Notes: a model not told the origin generated them from the sequence alone. DNA of 64,000 bases from an uncultured delta proteobacterium (GCA_963808235.1 CAWEEQ010000004.1:1152001-1216000), one strand, 5' to 3'. Counted from the first letter of the stretch, positions 10,651 to 21,648 are shown. A program made the numbers and translations.

Positions 10651-10764
10651 TGCGATGCGCTCCAGCCGGCGAATTACGATCCCGCTGGAATCAGTAGCAC
10701 AAAATATTTTTTAGCACTAAGCAGAGCGGCGCCGGCCGGAGAAGCGATGCGAGCAGATCGCGAA

Positions 10765-11706
10765 TCAGTTGGCGGTCGCCGCGACGATCGCATGATCGTA
10801 ACGGGGCAGAATCATCACTTCGGACATTCGGGTTTCGGGATCGAGCCTGATGATATAGGCAGGAAAGCCGGTTTGGATTACCGAGACGTTGGTGCGCGCG
10901 TCGCAGCCGCATCGCGCGGCCATAGCGTCGTTGATCGCGGAGAGCTTGTCGAGGCTGAGCGCGGCGAGTTGCAGGTTGGCGCCGTCAACAGAGAGCGTCA
11001 AGGTCGATTTGTCGATTTCGACGTTCGAGGCGAGGGTGGTGCCCGACACGGTCGAAGTCTTGACCACCCATTGGGTGAACTCGTGGTCGTTCATGCCATG
11101 AACCTTCGGATAATTCTTGCGCAATTCGGAGATAGTTGCGCCGAGCGAGCGCTTCTTCGCACCGGCGTCGGCAAATACCTGCTCATCGGCCATGGCCCAG
11201 ATTTGCTTTGACCATCGCGAGAGCAGAGCCGGATCGGCGCCGGGTAGATTCTGATAGTCGGTTGCAGCCCGTTCTGCTCCCGCCAGATCGCGCGCCTCGA
11301 GCGCGGCCTCCACTTCCTGCGCGTCCTTGCGGCGGGCAGCCTCATCGATTCGGGCCATGATGGTGGCGCTCTGACTGCCGGGCTCCTTCATGGCGTCGGC
11401 GCATACACTGCGTTGTTCGGCGATCGTGAAGGACGGCCGGCCGAGCATGAAGTCGGAGAGGCACAGATCGTCCTTGACCTCGCGCCGCTCGCTCGCGCTG
11501 AGCTTGTCTTGGTTTGCGGAGAGGGTGACGAGCTGTTGATGCGCTGCCGCGTAATTGCCCGCTGCAATCTGGCTTCGTGCCGAGGTGAGTGCGGACGGAG
11601 CGCATCCCCATATAGAGGATGCGAGGGCGGTGGCGGCGCCAAATTGGAGCCCAATACGGACTAAGTTGCGGCAGGTGGATGAGTATGGGTCTGAATCGCG
11701 TCGCAT
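10765..11706 (-). CDS. hypothetical Cys-containing lipoprotein
   Basis: Lipobox-like IWGC after a hydrophobic stretch; coding-like ORF; start uncertain. Confidence 0.6.
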   Translation of the reverse strand: MRRDSDPYSSTCRNLVRIGLQFGAATALASSIWGCAPSALTSARSQIAAGNYAAAHQQLVTLSANQDKLSASERREVKDDLCLSDFMLGRPSFTIAEQRSVCADAMKEPGSQSATIMARIDEAARRKDAQEVEAALEARDLAGAERAATDYQNLPGADPALLSRWSKQIWAMADEQVFADAGAKKRSLGATISELRKNYPKVHGMNDHEFTQWVVKTSTVSGTTLASNVEIDKSTLTLSVDGANLQLAALSLDKLSAINDAMAARCGCDARTNVSVIQTGFPAYIIRLDPETRMSEVMILPRYDHAIVAATAN

Positions 11707-12197
11707 GGATTGATTATGCTCCACGGAGAGGCCTCTTGACCACTGGATTTGTTTCTCGCCGATTACGAGCCCACGCCTGTATCGCGATGAGTCGCGGCGC
11801 GGCGCGAAATCGCAACCCGATCCGTGCAAACGGCGGCGGGATCAACATCGTCTTTACAGGCAGCGCCGCGGCGGGCACTTCGCCGAGCAGGACGGCCGTC
11901 AACTTCGGTACCTATCGCGCCGTGCTGGAGCAATGAAGTGGTCGATTCTGCACATTGATTGCCGCATTGAGGCAACGCTTACTGTAGTCACTGCCTGTTC
12001 TTACGATTCTCCAAATACACGATTTCCAAAATGTATTCGGAAGCAGACTCGCAGATTCGTCGGATGGACTCCGAGGTGAGCATTCGACCGCCGAGTTCTG
12101 AGCCGCTCAGTGTACCGCGATGAGACACGGTGGGTCTCAGAATCGCGATCCCGATCCGCTTTGACCTCCGCTAGATGCCTACCCTCGCAGATCCGCA

Positions 12198-12213
12198 TGG
12201 CATGAGTGCTGCA
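12198..12213 (+). promoter_or_regulatory. sigma54 (-24/-12) promoter upstream of the flp pilins
   Basis: TGGCATGAGTGCTGCA has exact GG-N10-GC spacing and matches TGGCAC-N-TTGCA. Confidence 0.75.
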
Positions 12214-12300
12214 CCTACCTCCACTTGTAAGGTTTCACGCGGCAAGACGGACGAAGTTATCAAGCGGTGCTGATCCAGTAGGGAGATGAGAGAAAAGACG

Positions 12301-12480
12301 ATGAGATATCTGTACCAAATGATCGTAAAAACTCGCGAGAGCCGGAGAGGTCAGACCATGACCGAGTACGTGCTGATTATCGCGGCAATCGCAGTAGCTG
12401 GTTACACGGCTTACGTCGGTCTCGAAGGCGGAATCAACGGCATTATCGCCAACGTGACCGCGACTCTGACGGCGGCGTAA
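12301..12480 (+). CDS. flp: Flp family type IVb pilin 1
   Basis: RRG|QTMTEY prepilin/Flp motif plus hydrophobic helix; alternative start 12286. Confidence 0.92.
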   Translation: MRYLYQMIVKTRESRRGQTMTEYVLIIAAIAVAGYTAYVGLEGGINGIIANVTATLTAA

Positions 12481-12648
12481 AGCGCCGGGACCAAGAGTAA
12501 TGCGGACTGGTTATATGAACAGCCACTCAAACTCGAGCACCGAACCAAAAGTATCGATTCGATGAATATGCTCCATACCAGCGCGGCAAACAGCCTGGTG
12601 CGTGAAACGAAATAGAAGCGCTGAGTTAACGCGTAAGGAGGAAACCTA

Positions 12649-12828
12649 ATGAACTATCTGAACAAGTTGATCGTCAAAGTTCGCGAGAGCAGGAAAGGCC
12701 AGACCATGACCGAATACGTGCTCATTATCGCGGCGATCGCAGTAGCAGGTTACACGGCCTACGTCGGCCTTGAAGGTGGAATCAACAACATCATCTCCAA
12801 CGTAACCACAACGCTGAAGGCTGCGTAA
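12649..12828 (+). CDS. flp: Flp family type IVb pilin 2 (absent from ORF track)
   Basis: Read by hand: MNYLNKLIVKVRESRKGQTMTEYVLIIAAIAVAGYTAYVGLEGGINNIISNVTTTLKAA, 59 aa; AAGGAGG RBS. Confidence 0.92.
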   Translation: MNYLNKLIVKVRESRKGQTMTEYVLIIAAIAVAGYTAYVGLEGGINNIISNVTTTLKAA

Positions 12829-12870
12829 AAAAGCCCCCAAGCCCGCGAGTCTGAATGTAGGCGAGCGGGA

Positions 12871-12900
12871 TAGCGGCGGGGTCCGAGTGCCCCGCCGCTA
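12871..12900 (+). terminator. strong hairpin after the pilin genes (mRNA stabiliser or partial terminator)
   Basis: TAGCGGCGGGG-N8-CCCCGCCGCTA perfect 11-bp stem; no U-tract on the + strand. Confidence 0.55.
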
Positions 12901-12934
12901 AACCTAGAGAGAGAGATGAGTGAGAGTTTGAACG

Positions 12935-13388
12935 GTGACTTCAGGAAAGCAAATCGCAGCCCCGAATCCGATGCCTCGAGCGGGGACAATCGATGGCGGA
13001 ATTTGCGCTCCTGGCGCCGCTTTTTCTGTTCGTGGTGTCCGTCGCGATCACCTTTGCGGTGATCGGGCAGTCGGCGCTGGCGGTCAGCCAGCTTGCCTAC
13101 AACGGCGCTCGCCACGCAGCCGTAAATCCGCAACTCAGCTCGGCACAAGTGCATACCTACGTCATGTCGGGAGCAACCGGAGCGCCGTCGATCACGGCGG
13201 GCAACGGAGCGCATCTGACCGTGACCGCCGTGCAGGCCCCGTTCGGCCAGCCGGTGACGGTGACGGTCGCATACGATCTCTCCGGCAACGCAATCGTCTC
13301 GAGCATGATGAAGCTCTTCACCGGGCTCGGCTTCCGACAAACGTTTCCGACTTCGCTCAGTTCGACGGAGGTCGTAATGCGCGAGTGA
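12935..13388 (+). CDS. tadE: TadE-like pseudopilin (apparent frameshift in leader)
   Basis: RG|QSMAEF..P motif and GAR.A; leader joins GTG 12935 if one C is removed from CCCC 12960-12963; uninterrupted ORF from 12993. Confidence 0.8.
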
Positions 13389-13461
13389 TCGAATGAACTC
13401 TGCCCGGTTTGGGGGTCACGATCCGCGCGCAAGCGGATGGTGCAAAAAAGGGGGGCAATAG

Positions 13462-14598
13462 ATGAGACGACCGATTATTTTCGTAGTACTGGCAGGACTC
13501 GGCGCGGTGCTGGCCGCGATGGTGGTTTTTTCCGCGCTCAGAAACCGCGAATCCGAAGTGCAACAAGCGATGGCGCACACGGTGGAAGTCGTGGTCGCCG
13601 CGCGCGATATCCCGATTGGCGAAAAGCTGCAGCCCGACGCGGTCAAGACCGTCCGATGGGCTCGCGACGGCGTTCCGCAAGGCGCCTTTACCAATCCGCA
13701 AGCCGTAGTCGGCTCGTTTGCCAAAAGCCAGTTCGTCGCCAACGAGCCGGTGGTCGCGGCCAAGCTGTTTACCGGTGAGAAGACCTCGGGCGTGATGCCG
13801 CTTTTGATTCCGCCCGGGATGCGCGCGATGTCGGTGCCGGTTGACGAAGTCGCCGATATCGCAGGATTTGTCGCGCCGCATACCCGCGTCGACGTTCTGG
13901 TCGCGGTCTCGGGCAGCGGCCCCGGCGAATCCTCGTTTTCGCGGATTGTCCTCCAGAACATCGAGGTGGTCGCCGTCGCCCAGGAAATCGAACACGTCAA
14001 GGATGAGCCGCAGGTGGTCAAGGTGGTGACGCTGCTGGTCAGCCCGCCAGACGCCGAGAAGCTGACCCTTGCGAGCCGCGAGGGAACACTGCGTCTGGCG
14101 ATGCGCAACTACGGCGACAGCAAGATTATCGCAACCAGTGGAGTCGCGATGAGCGAGCTCATGCACAACGGCGCCGCGACCGTGCCCCTGGTTCAGCAGC
14201 AGCCCGCAATTTCGATGAGAGTTAGCGCGAGCCCGGCGCATCTCAATGCCGACGGCCGCACCCCGCTTCGGGTCGAGGTGATGCGCGACGGCAAATCGTC
14301 CGAGGCGATCTCGTTTTTGAAGTCCGGACGCATCCGGCCCACTTACGATCGACCGCCCGATACCGCCCCGGCCGTTTCCGCGCCGCCGAATGTTGCTGGT
14401 CCGTCGCCCGAGTCCGACGAGTCTCCGGCCACGTCGCCGGCGGGCTCCGCCGCGAGCTTGGCAGGGTCCGGCGGGAACGCCTTTGCGTTAAGCCAGACCG
14501 CGCCGAGCACCGACCATACATCCGTAAACCTCGCGCCGCCGCTCAAACCGGGGGAACCGGGTTACCAGGCGGCGCCGAAAACTTACGTAGTCCACTGA
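13462..14598 (+). CDS. cpaB: Flp pilus assembly protein CpaB/RcpC
   Basis: TM plus SAF domain (VVVAARDIPIG), GMRAMSVPVD, RVDVL, GTLRLAMR; Pro/Ser-rich tail. Confidence 0.93.
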   Translation: MRRPIIFVVLAGLGAVLAAMVVFSALRNRESEVQQAMAHTVEVVVAARDIPIGEKLQPDAVKTVRWARDGVPQGAFTNPQAVVGSFAKSQFVANEPVVAAKLFTGEKTSGVMPLLIPPGMRAMSVPVDEVADIAGFVAPHTRVDVLVAVSGSGPGESSFSRIVLQNIEVVAVAQEIEHVKDEPQVVKVVTLLVSPPDAEKLTLASREGTLRLAMRNYGDSKIIATSGVAMSELMHNGAATVPLVQQQPAISMRVSASPAHLNADGRTPLRVEVMRDGKSSEAISFLKSGRIRPTYDRPPDTAPAVSAPPNVAGPSPESDESPATSPAGSAASLAGSGGNAFALSQTAPSTDHTSVNLAPPLKPGEPGYQAAPKTYVVH

Positions 14599-14640
14599 AA
14601 GAGTGAGAGAGGGTTCAGTTCGCAGCTCAGGGGGAAGCTA

Positions 14641-15339
14641 ATGGAAGCACGCACAATAATGGATCTCTGCAAGCCGGTTCTACTGGGAGTCTTCATGCTG
14701 ATCGCCAGCGCCGCTCCCGCCCGCGCGCAAGCCGCCAAGCCAGGCGCCGCCGGCGCGCAGTGGATTCCGGTGTCGATCACAGCCGGCGAGACTTACACCA
14801 TCGAAAACATCAAGCTGGGAACCAAGCCCGCATTTCGCATCGCCCAGAATCCGAACGCCTTTGTATCTTACGATTCGGTCCCGGGCAGACTCACGATGCT
14901 CAGCGCCGCGGCAGGCCGATGGATAGTGACGGTCACCAACACTTCCGATCAGACTGTCAACTATGACGTGAACGCGTTTGCGGCGGCGAAGCCGGATGCG
15001 CCACTGACGCCGGGCACTCCACCGCCGACGATTAGCGATAGCGGGCTTGCCCCACGCCCGGGCGCAGGAGCGGCCACGCCCGTATCGAGCTTTGCTGCGA
15101 TGCCCGAGCTGGGGACAATTTCGTCGCTGCGGCCGCCTTCCGCATCCTCTTCGCATGGCGATCCTCAAATGGTGCAACCGTCTTCGTCCTACGAGGCTTC
15201 ATTGAGGGATCCCGCCGGACCTCAGGCGTACGCGCCAAGCCAAACGGCAAGCTCATCGATAAATCCTGTCGCGTCGTCGCCCGCGCGATATCGAACCGAT
15301 CCATCAGTCCAGGATTCCGGGGCACGTTTACAGCACTGA
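14641..15339 (+). CDS. cpaC: N-terminal part of CpaC secretin (signal peptide, pilus N domain, linker), frameshifted
   Basis: Signal peptide APARA|Q; removing one G from GGGG ~15319-15322 reads through (DSGHVYSTDSISGGKHYLPDDAMSL) into the secretin ORF. Confidence 0.7.
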   Translation: MEARTIMDLCKPVLLGVFMLIASAAPARAQAAKPGAAGAQWIPVSITAGETYTIENIKLGTKPAFRIAQNPNAFVSYDSVPGRLTMLSAAAGRWIVTVTNTSDQTVNYDVNAFAAAKPDAPLTPGTPPPTISDSGLAPRPGAGAATPVSSFAAMPELGTISSLRPPSASSSHGDPQMVQPSSSYEASLRDPAGPQAYAPSQTASSSINPVASSPARYRTDPSVQDSGARLQH

Positions 15340-15379
15340 TTCGATTTCCGGCGGAAAGCATTACCTGCCCGACGATGCG

Positions 15380-16498
15380 ATGTCGTTGATGACCGGGACT
15401 TCCGAAATTATCGACTTCGAACGCCGCATCACGCGCATCTCGGTCGCGGACTCGAAAATTGCCGACGTGCAAGTGATCAATCCCTTTCAGTTGAACCTGA
15501 TTGCTCACCAGCCGGGTGCTACCACGCTTTCCATCTGGGATGACCAGGGGCGCTACGACGAGAGGATGGTGCGAATCGACGCGAGCGGCCGGCAGCAGGT
15601 GATGCTGAACACGATCATCGCAGAGCTCGATCGCAGCACGCTGGAGAACCAGGGAATCAACCTGTCAGTCGCACTGACCAAGTTGGGTGTGTCGCTGGTC
15701 GGCATGCCGGGCAACGTGGCGACTCCCTATACGTCAAACTCAAGTCTCTCGTCCTCGACCACCAACTCCTCGGGCAGCACTACCTCAAGCGGAGGCCTGT
15801 TGCCTTCGGGCGGCTCGCTGATTCCGCTGCTGCTCTCGTCCAATCTTACTTACGGCCTGGCGGCGCAGAACTCCAACGTCCAGTGGCAGGGATTTTTTCA
15901 ATTCCTTGAGCAGCACAGTCTCGGCAAAGTCCTTGCCGAGCCGCATCTGCTCGCGAACTCGGGCGAGAAGGCGAAGTTTCTCTCCGGCGGAGAGATTCCG
16001 ATCGTAATCGCGCAGGCGCTCAACTCTACGATTGTCTTCAAGACCTTCGGAACCTCGGTCGAATTTATACCGACCGTAATCGGCCGCAACGAGATCGAAC
16101 TGTTGGTCAAGCCCGAGGTCTCCGAGCCTGACTTCGCCGAGGGCGTGAACCTGTTCGGCTTCACCGTTCCCGCTTTCGTCACGCGCAGAGCGGAGACCCT
16201 GGTGCGCCTCAGAGACGGCCAGACCCTGATCATCGCCGGACTCATCCTCCACGAAAAGACTTCCCAGGTGCAGAAGGTGCCCTATCTCGGCGATATCCCG
16301 TGGGTGAAGGGTCTCTTCCGCACCACCTCCTGGTCCAACAAGGAAACCGACCTCGTGATGAGCGTGACACCCGAGATTGTCCGGCCGCTGCCTGAGAACG
16401 GGCAGGTCTATCTGCCGACCAGCGTCGGAGAAATGACTCCGGAAGAGATCAGAACCAAACCAATAACTCCGGCTGAGGCGGCGCGGCCGCGTTTCTAG
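15380..16498 (+). CDS. cpaC: CpaC/RcpA secretin core
   Basis: LAEPHLLANSGEKAKFLSGGEIP, GQTLIIAGL, KVPYLGDIP..LFR secretin motifs. Confidence 0.92.
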   Translation: MSLMTGTSEIIDFERRITRISVADSKIADVQVINPFQLNLIAHQPGATTLSIWDDQGRYDERMVRIDASGRQQVMLNTIIAELDRSTLENQGINLSVALTKLGVSLVGMPGNVATPYTSNSSLSSSTTNSSGSTTSSGGLLPSGGSLIPLLLSSNLTYGLAAQNSNVQWQGFFQFLEQHSLGKVLAEPHLLANSGEKAKFLSGGEIPIVIAQALNSTIVFKTFGTSVEFIPTVIGRNEIELLVKPEVSEPDFAEGVNLFGFTVPAFVTRRAETLVRLRDGQTLIIAGLILHEKTSQVQKVPYLGDIPWVKGLFRTTSWSNKETDLVMSVTPEIVRPLPENGQVYLPTSVGEMTPEEIRTKPITPAEAARPRF

Positions 16499-16518
16499 GC
16501 GATACGGGGAATTATCGA

Positions 16519-17742
16519 GTGGCAGTCCTTGGATCAAACGGCGAAGGCCGGCACAGCACGATGAAGGTGATGCTGGTCGGCGAGCCCGGTGATCAGCGCA
16601 CGCAGCTGAAATCGGTGCTGGCGGCGCTTACCGAACCGGAGCTCGAGATTATCGAAGGTGAAGCGGCAACCGCTGCGAACCTTTCGGAAAACGTCGGCGC
16701 GCCACCAGACGCGACCCTGGTGATGCTCACCGGCAACGACGAGGCGGGGCTGAATTTTCTGCAAGCTCAGGCGCTCAATTCGCCGCGTCCAATTCTGCTC
16801 GCGGTACTGTCGGCGCGCTCGGCGGGAACTATGAAAAAGGCGCTCCGCTCCGGCGCCGACGAGATTTTGTTCCTCCCGCTCGACCCCGGAGAGGCCACCC
16901 GCGCGCTGCTGAAAATAAGCGAGGCGCGATGGCGAACCGAACGGCGTGAGGGCGGCGTAGTCGTTTCAGTCGTCAGCCTGGTAGGCGGAGTCGGGGTCAC
17001 CTCGCTCGCCGCGAACCTGGCGCTGGCGTTGCAGTCACTCCATCAGCGGGTCGGATTGCTCGATCTCGATCTGCAGACCGGCGGGCTCGCGGTCTTTCTG
17101 AATCTCGATCCGGAAGTGACGATCATGCCGCTGGTCCGTCTCGACCGCAAACTCGACTCGATTCAGCTCGAATCCGCCCTGACCAAGCATAGTTCCGGGG
17201 TCTACCTGCTCGCCGCGCCCAAGCGAATCGAGGAGGGCGAACTGATCTCCGACCTGACCGTCGGCACGGTGCTCGATCTGATGCGCCAGCTGTTCGACTA
17301 CGTGATTGTCGATTGCGGAGACCACGTCGACGAAAATGCCGTCGCCGCATGGGAGCGTTCCGAGCAACTCTTTTACGTGCTGAATCAGTCGATCGCGGCT
17401 GCGCGATGCGCCTGGCGGTTCATCGATCTGTTCGAGCGCCTGGGTCTCACCAGTCTCGAGCCGCGCTTCATTCTGAATCGCTACAACCCATCGCATCCGC
17501 TCACCGAGAAGGCAATCGAATCCACGCTGGCGAAATCTATCTACGCGAAGATTCCGGCCGACAGCCGGACCTTTGAAAATATCGAGATGAAGGCGCAAGA
17601 CCTTTTTCAAGTCGCGCCCAATTCCCCGGTCGCCCATGCGGTTCTCCAACTCGCCAACCAGATCCTGCCTCGCGCTGAACTGGCGGCGCCGCGTGAGACT
17701 GGATTTATGTCGCGGCTGAAATCCGCATTCAACCCGCACTGA
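16519..17742 (+). CDS. cpaE: CpaE/TadZ pilus localisation protein (receiver-like plus MinD/ParA-like)
   Basis: ALRSGADE receiver remnant; degenerate GGVGVTS Walker A; DLDLQ.G; FDYVIVD. Confidence 0.88.
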   Translation: MAVLGSNGEGRHSTMKVMLVGEPGDQRTQLKSVLAALTEPELEIIEGEAATAANLSENVGAPPDATLVMLTGNDEAGLNFLQAQALNSPRPILLAVLSARSAGTMKKALRSGADEILFLPLDPGEATRALLKISEARWRTERREGGVVVSVVSLVGGVGVTSLAANLALALQSLHQRVGLLDLDLQTGGLAVFLNLDPEVTIMPLVRLDRKLDSIQLESALTKHSSGVYLLAAPKRIEEGELISDLTVGTVLDLMRQLFDYVIVDCGDHVDENAVAAWERSEQLFYVLNQSIAAARCAWRFIDLFERLGLTSLEPRFILNRYNPSHPLTEKAIESTLAKSIYAKIPADSRTFENIEMKAQDLFQVAPNSPVAHAVLQLANQILPRAELAAPRETGFMSRLKSAFNPH

Positions 17743-17776
17743 CAGGTACGGCATCGAGAGAGACGAGGTACTTACC

Positions 17777-19165
17777 ATGGGATTGACCGAGAGACTCACC
17801 AACTCAGGCCACGGCGGCCGTCCCGCCGAGGTGTCAGGCAGCGCCGCGGGCTCGCTTATCGGCGCAACCGTCCGCCGGCGCAAAGATGCGATCGCGGACA
17901 GCTCGCGGCGCCTCAAGGTCAAGGTCCACAACAAGCTTTTCGAGACCATCGACGTCGCGAAACTAGAATCGCTCGAGCCTGCGATGGTCTCCATAAAGGT
18001 CACCGCCGCGATCAACGACATACTCAACGAAGACGGCCGCCTCCTTACCGATACCGACCGCGCCCGTCTGATCGACGAACTCAAGAACGAGCTGCTCGGC
18101 CTCGGACCGCTCGAGCCTCTGCTCCACGACGACGAGATCACTGACATCCTCGTCAACGGCCACAACCAGGTTTACGTCGAGAAACGCGGCAAGCTGCATG
18201 CGACCGATGTCGTGTTTCAGGACGATCAGCATCTGATGCTGATCATCGACCGGATCGTTTCGCGAGTCGGACGGCGAGTCGATGAATCCTCGCCGATGGT
18301 CGACGCGCGCCTGCCCGACGGCTCGCGTATCAACGCGATCATACCGCCGCTGGCGCTCGACGGGCCCGCGCTATCGATTCGCCGCTTCGGCAAGCATCGT
18401 TTCGATATCGGTGCGCTGGTCGAGAAAGAAGCTCTCACCTGGGACCTGGTCGAGTTCCTGCTCGCAGTAGTTCGCGCGCGGCTGAACGTAATCGTCTGCG
18501 GCGGCACCGGCTCGGGCAAGACGACCATGCTCAATTGCCTGTCCGCATTCGTTCCCGAAGACGAGCGAATCGTGACTATCGAGGATTCGGCGGAACTCTC
18601 CTTGCAGCAGCCGCACGTCGTTCGGCTCGAGACTCGGCCGTCAAATCTCGAAGGCCGCGGCGAGGTGACGCAGCGCGATCTGGTCAAGAACTGTCTTCGA
18701 ATGCGTCCCGACCGAATCGTGGTCGGCGAGGTCCGCGGCGCCGAGGTCTTCGACATGCTCCAGGCGATGTCCACCGGCCATGACGGCTCGATCGCAACCA
18801 TCCACGCCAACAGCCCGCGCGAATGCCTGGGGCGGCTCGAAATGATGATGCTGCTGTCGGGAGTCTCGATTCCGCAGCGCGCGATGCGCCAGCAGATTGC
18901 GTCGGCCATCAACGTCATCGTGCACGTCAGCCGCCTCTCCGACGGCTCGCGCAAGGTGATGAAGATTTCCGAGATCAGCGGCATGGAAGGCGAGATGATC
19001 ATGATGCAGGATCTCTTCGAGTTCGTCCGCACCGAGACCACCACCACCGGAAAAATTGTCGGAAATTTCAAATCGACCGGCATTCGATCGTCTTACAATC
19101 AGCGGCTCGAAGTCGCCGGATACAAGACCGAATCCAAGGTGATCAAAGCCCAGGCCGCGCGATGA
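17777..19165 (+). CDS. cpaF: CpaF/TadA pilus ATPase
   Basis: [36 protein letters not shown]. Confidence 0.96.
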   Translation: MGLTERLTNSGHGGRPAEVSGSAAGSLIGATVRRRKDAIADSSRRLKVKVHNKLFETIDVAKLESLEPAMVSIKVTAAINDILNEDGRLLTDTDRARLIDELKNELLGLGPLEPLLHDDEITDILVNGHNQVYVEKRGKLHATDVVFQDDQHLMLIIDRIVSRVGRRVDESSPMVDARLPDGSRINAIIPPLALDGPALSIRRFGKHRFDIGALVEKEALTWDLVEFLLAVVRARLNVIVCGGTGSGKTTMLNCLSAFVPEDERIVTIEDSAELSLQQPHVVRLETRPSNLEGRGEVTQRDLVKNCLRMRPDRIVVGEVRGAEVFDMLQAMSTGHDGSIATIHANSPRECLGRLEMMMLLSGVSIPQRAMRQQIASAINVIVHVSRLSDGSRKVMKISEISGMEGEMIMMQDLFEFVRTETTTTGKIVGNFKSTGIRSSYNQRLEVAGYKTESKVIKAQAAR

Positions 19166-20124
19166 GGCTCGACGAGATTCTGATTCCCGGCGCGGTCGCC
19201 GGATTCTTTCTGATCGTCTGCGCGCTGCTGTATCTGCGCACCGGCCGGCGGCCCGCCGTCAATCGCGGCGTGATCAGGAGAATGTCGCGGCCCGATGAAA
19301 CCGCCGCCAATGACATCACCAAGACCGATCGCTATCGGCGCACCGGTCAGGAGCTGCTCGGATGGCTCTACAAGCGCAATCTCCTCCGACGACTCGAAGA
19401 GAACCTCTGGCAGGCCGGAATCTACGTCCGAGTCGCCGACGTTCTGCTCGTGATCCTGATGATGTTCGCGGCCGGCCTTTCCGCGGGTCAGGCGATTTGG
19501 GGCGACGCGATGATCTCGATTGCGATGGGCGCCGGGATGGGGAGTTTGCCGATATTCTATATCCGGATCCGCAAGCAGCGCCGGCTGAAAGCTTTCGCCA
19601 AACAACTGCCCTACGCTCTCGACCTGATCAAATCATCGCTAGAGGCCGGCCACTCCTTGCTGCGCGGATTGCAGGTCGTGGTCGCTGAATATCCCGACCC
19701 GCTCGGCACCGAGTTCCGCTCCGCCATCGAGCAAAGCCGGCTCGGCCTGCCACTTCCGCGCGCGCTCGAAGAGATGCTCAAGCGGGTGCCGCAGGACGAT
19801 CTGCGCCTGCTCGTGGTTGCGGTCCGGGTCCAGTCCGAGGTCGGCAGCTCGCTTGCCGTTATCATCGGGCGGCTTTCGGAAATCGTGCGCACCCGCCAGC
19901 GCCTGCAACAGCAAATCAAGGCGCTGACCGCGCAATCGAAGATGAGCGGAATCGTGGTCGGATTCCTGCCGATCGTGATGCTTGCCGCGTTCAGCATCAT
20001 CCAGCCGAGCTATACACACGTGCTCTTCTACGAACCGAGCGGTATCAAGATCCTCAAGGTCGCAGGCGTCCTGGACATCATGGCCTTTCTGTCCATCCGC
20101 AAGTTGCTCAAGGTGAAGTACTAG
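19162..20124 (+). CDS. tadB: TadB platform protein
   Basis: T2SSF domain ([20 protein letters not shown]); ATGA overlap with cpaF stop. Confidence 0.92.
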   Translation: MRLDEILIPGAVAGFFLIVCALLYLRTGRRPAVNRGVIRRMSRPDETAANDITKTDRYRRTGQELLGWLYKRNLLRRLEENLWQAGIYVRVADVLLVILMMFAAGLSAGQAIWGDAMISIAMGAGMGSLPIFYIRIRKQRRLKAFAKQLPYALDLIKSSLEAGHSLLRGLQVVVAEYPDPLGTEFRSAIEQSRLGLPLPRALEEMLKRVPQDDLRLLVVAVRVQSEVGSSLAVIIGRLSEIVRTRQRLQQQIKALTAQSKMSGIVVGFLPIVMLAAFSIIQPSYTHVLFYEPSGIKILKVAGVLDIMAFLSIRKLLKVKY

Positions 20125-20126
20125 CT

Positions 20127-21062
20127 ATGTCCGCGATCTACGCAAGCTTGACGATATTCCTTCTATGCGGCGCGATATCGCTCTCGATCTACGTCGCAAT
20201 CTACGGCGGTCATCGGCCGTTCGACGAACGCATCTCGGATATGGGCGTCAAGATGCGCGTCGCCTATGGAAATCCTCTCGACCTCGATATGGAATCCGAC
20301 ACCTTCGCGCGTTCGCTGTTCCGATGGGTCGCCAAGCGTATTCCGGAACCCGCATCAAACACTCCCCAGGCCGAGAAGATGGCGCAGATATTGGTTCGCG
20401 CCGGATTTCGCGACCCCGGCGCCGCGCGCATCTTTCATTTCGTCCGCCTGGCGTGCACGGTCGGACTCGCGATCGTTGCGGTGACGGCCTCGATCATCAT
20501 GGGCTTTCATGGAATCAAGCCGCTCGTCTTCATGATTGTTGGCGCCGCGGTTGGCGCGTTCGCCCCCAGCTACTACCTGACCCGCAGGGCCGGGAAGCGT
20601 CAGCAGGAAATCGCAAGCCAGCTTTCCGACGTCCTTGATTTGCTCGTCGTATGTGTCGAGGCAGGCCTTGGCTTGAGCGAAGCCATCAAGATTGTTGGGA
20701 GCGAAACCGAACGCCAGAACCAGAAGATCGGTTTCGAGCTGTCGCTGGTGTCGTCGGAGTTGGCCTCCGGAAACTCGCTCGGCCAGGCGCTCAGAAGTTT
20801 CGCGGACCGCACCGCCGTCGAGGACATCAGGCCGCTCGCCGCAACCCTGGTGCAGAGCGAGAAACTCGGCGCGCAAATCGGTCCCGCGCTACGCTCGATC
20901 TCCGACACGCTGCGCACCACTCGCCGGCTGCGCGCCGAAGAGGCCGCCGCAAAAACCACCGTCAAGATTCTCTTTCCGCTGGTCCTCTTCATCCTTCCCG
21001 CAATGATGAGCGTAATAATCGGCCCCGCGATGATTCAAATCATGCAAACCCTGGGCAAGTAA
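20127..21062 (+). CDS. tadC: TadC platform protein
   Basis: LDLLVVCVEAGLGL, AEE.AAK..VKILFPLV.FILP. Confidence 0.93.
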   Translation: MSAIYASLTIFLLCGAISLSIYVAIYGGHRPFDERISDMGVKMRVAYGNPLDLDMESDTFARSLFRWVAKRIPEPASNTPQAEKMAQILVRAGFRDPGAARIFHFVRLACTVGLAIVAVTASIIMGFHGIKPLVFMIVGAAVGAFAPSYYLTRRAGKRQQEIASQLSDVLDLLVVCVEAGLGLSEAIKIVGSETERQNQKIGFELSLVSSELASGNSLGQALRSFADRTAVEDIRPLAATLVQSEKLGAQIGPALRSISDTLRTTRRLRAEEAAAKTTVKILFPLVLFILPAMMSVIIGPAMIQIMQTLGK

Positions 21063-21119
21063 CCCCGTTCGCCCGGATGCCCTTGACGCGGCCCCATCGC
21101 GCGCCGTATCCGATCGATC

Positions 21120-21602
21120 ATGGACGATCCCGCACGTTCGCGCGCGCTTGAACTGTGGAACGAGGCGATGCGCTTTCATATGAGCAACGATCTCGATCGC
21201 GCGGTCGCGCTGTATACCAAATCGATCGAAGTTTTCCCGACCGCGGAGGCATATACGTTTCGCGGTTGGGCGTTCAAGAGTATGGGACGCATCGACGACG
21301 CGATCGCCGAATGCCGTCGCGCGATCGAAGTCGATCCAACCTTTGGAAATCCGTACAACGATATCGGCGCATATCTGATCGACAAGGATCAACTGGACGA
21401 AGCGATCGAATGGCTCGAGAAAGCCAAGCAGGCGCCGCGTTATGATCCGCGCCATTATCCATTCATGAATCTCGGCCGTATCTACGCGGCAAAAGGAATG
21501 ATGAACCGCGCGATCGAGGAATTCGAAGGCGCGCTCGAGCGCGCGCCGGGTGATCCCGGATGCTTATCCGCGCTGGCCCAGCTGCGCGCGTGGTTGAACT
21601 GA
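21120..21602 (+). CDS. tetratricopeptide repeat protein
   Basis: Consecutive TPRs (AEAYTFRG, GNPYNDIG, FMNLG); no signal peptide. Confidence 0.85.
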   Translation: MDDPARSRALELWNEAMRFHMSNDLDRAVALYTKSIEVFPTAEAYTFRGWAFKSMGRIDDAIAECRRAIEVDPTFGNPYNDIGAYLIDKDQLDEAIEWLEKAKQAPRYDPRHYPFMNLGRIYAAKGMMNRAIEEFEGALERAPGDPGCLSALAQLRAWLN

Positions 21603-21648
21603 GTCTCATCGGATCGCGATTCGTCGGGAACCTACGCGGGAACATATT

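Noticed and set aside
12301-12828. CRISPR-like or other noncoding direct repeat
   Set aside because: The similarity comes from two paralogous pilin genes; no repeat-spacer array or cas genes seen anywhere in the window
12960-15322. Phase variation of the Tad pilus via homopolymer slippage
   Set aside because: The runs are only 4 nt, and similar +1 errors occur in unrelated genes, so a sequencing artefact is more parsimonious
18823-19161. N-terminal extension of TadB in the ORF track
   Set aside because: Overlaps cpaF in another frame; the ATGA-coupled start at 19162 fits better
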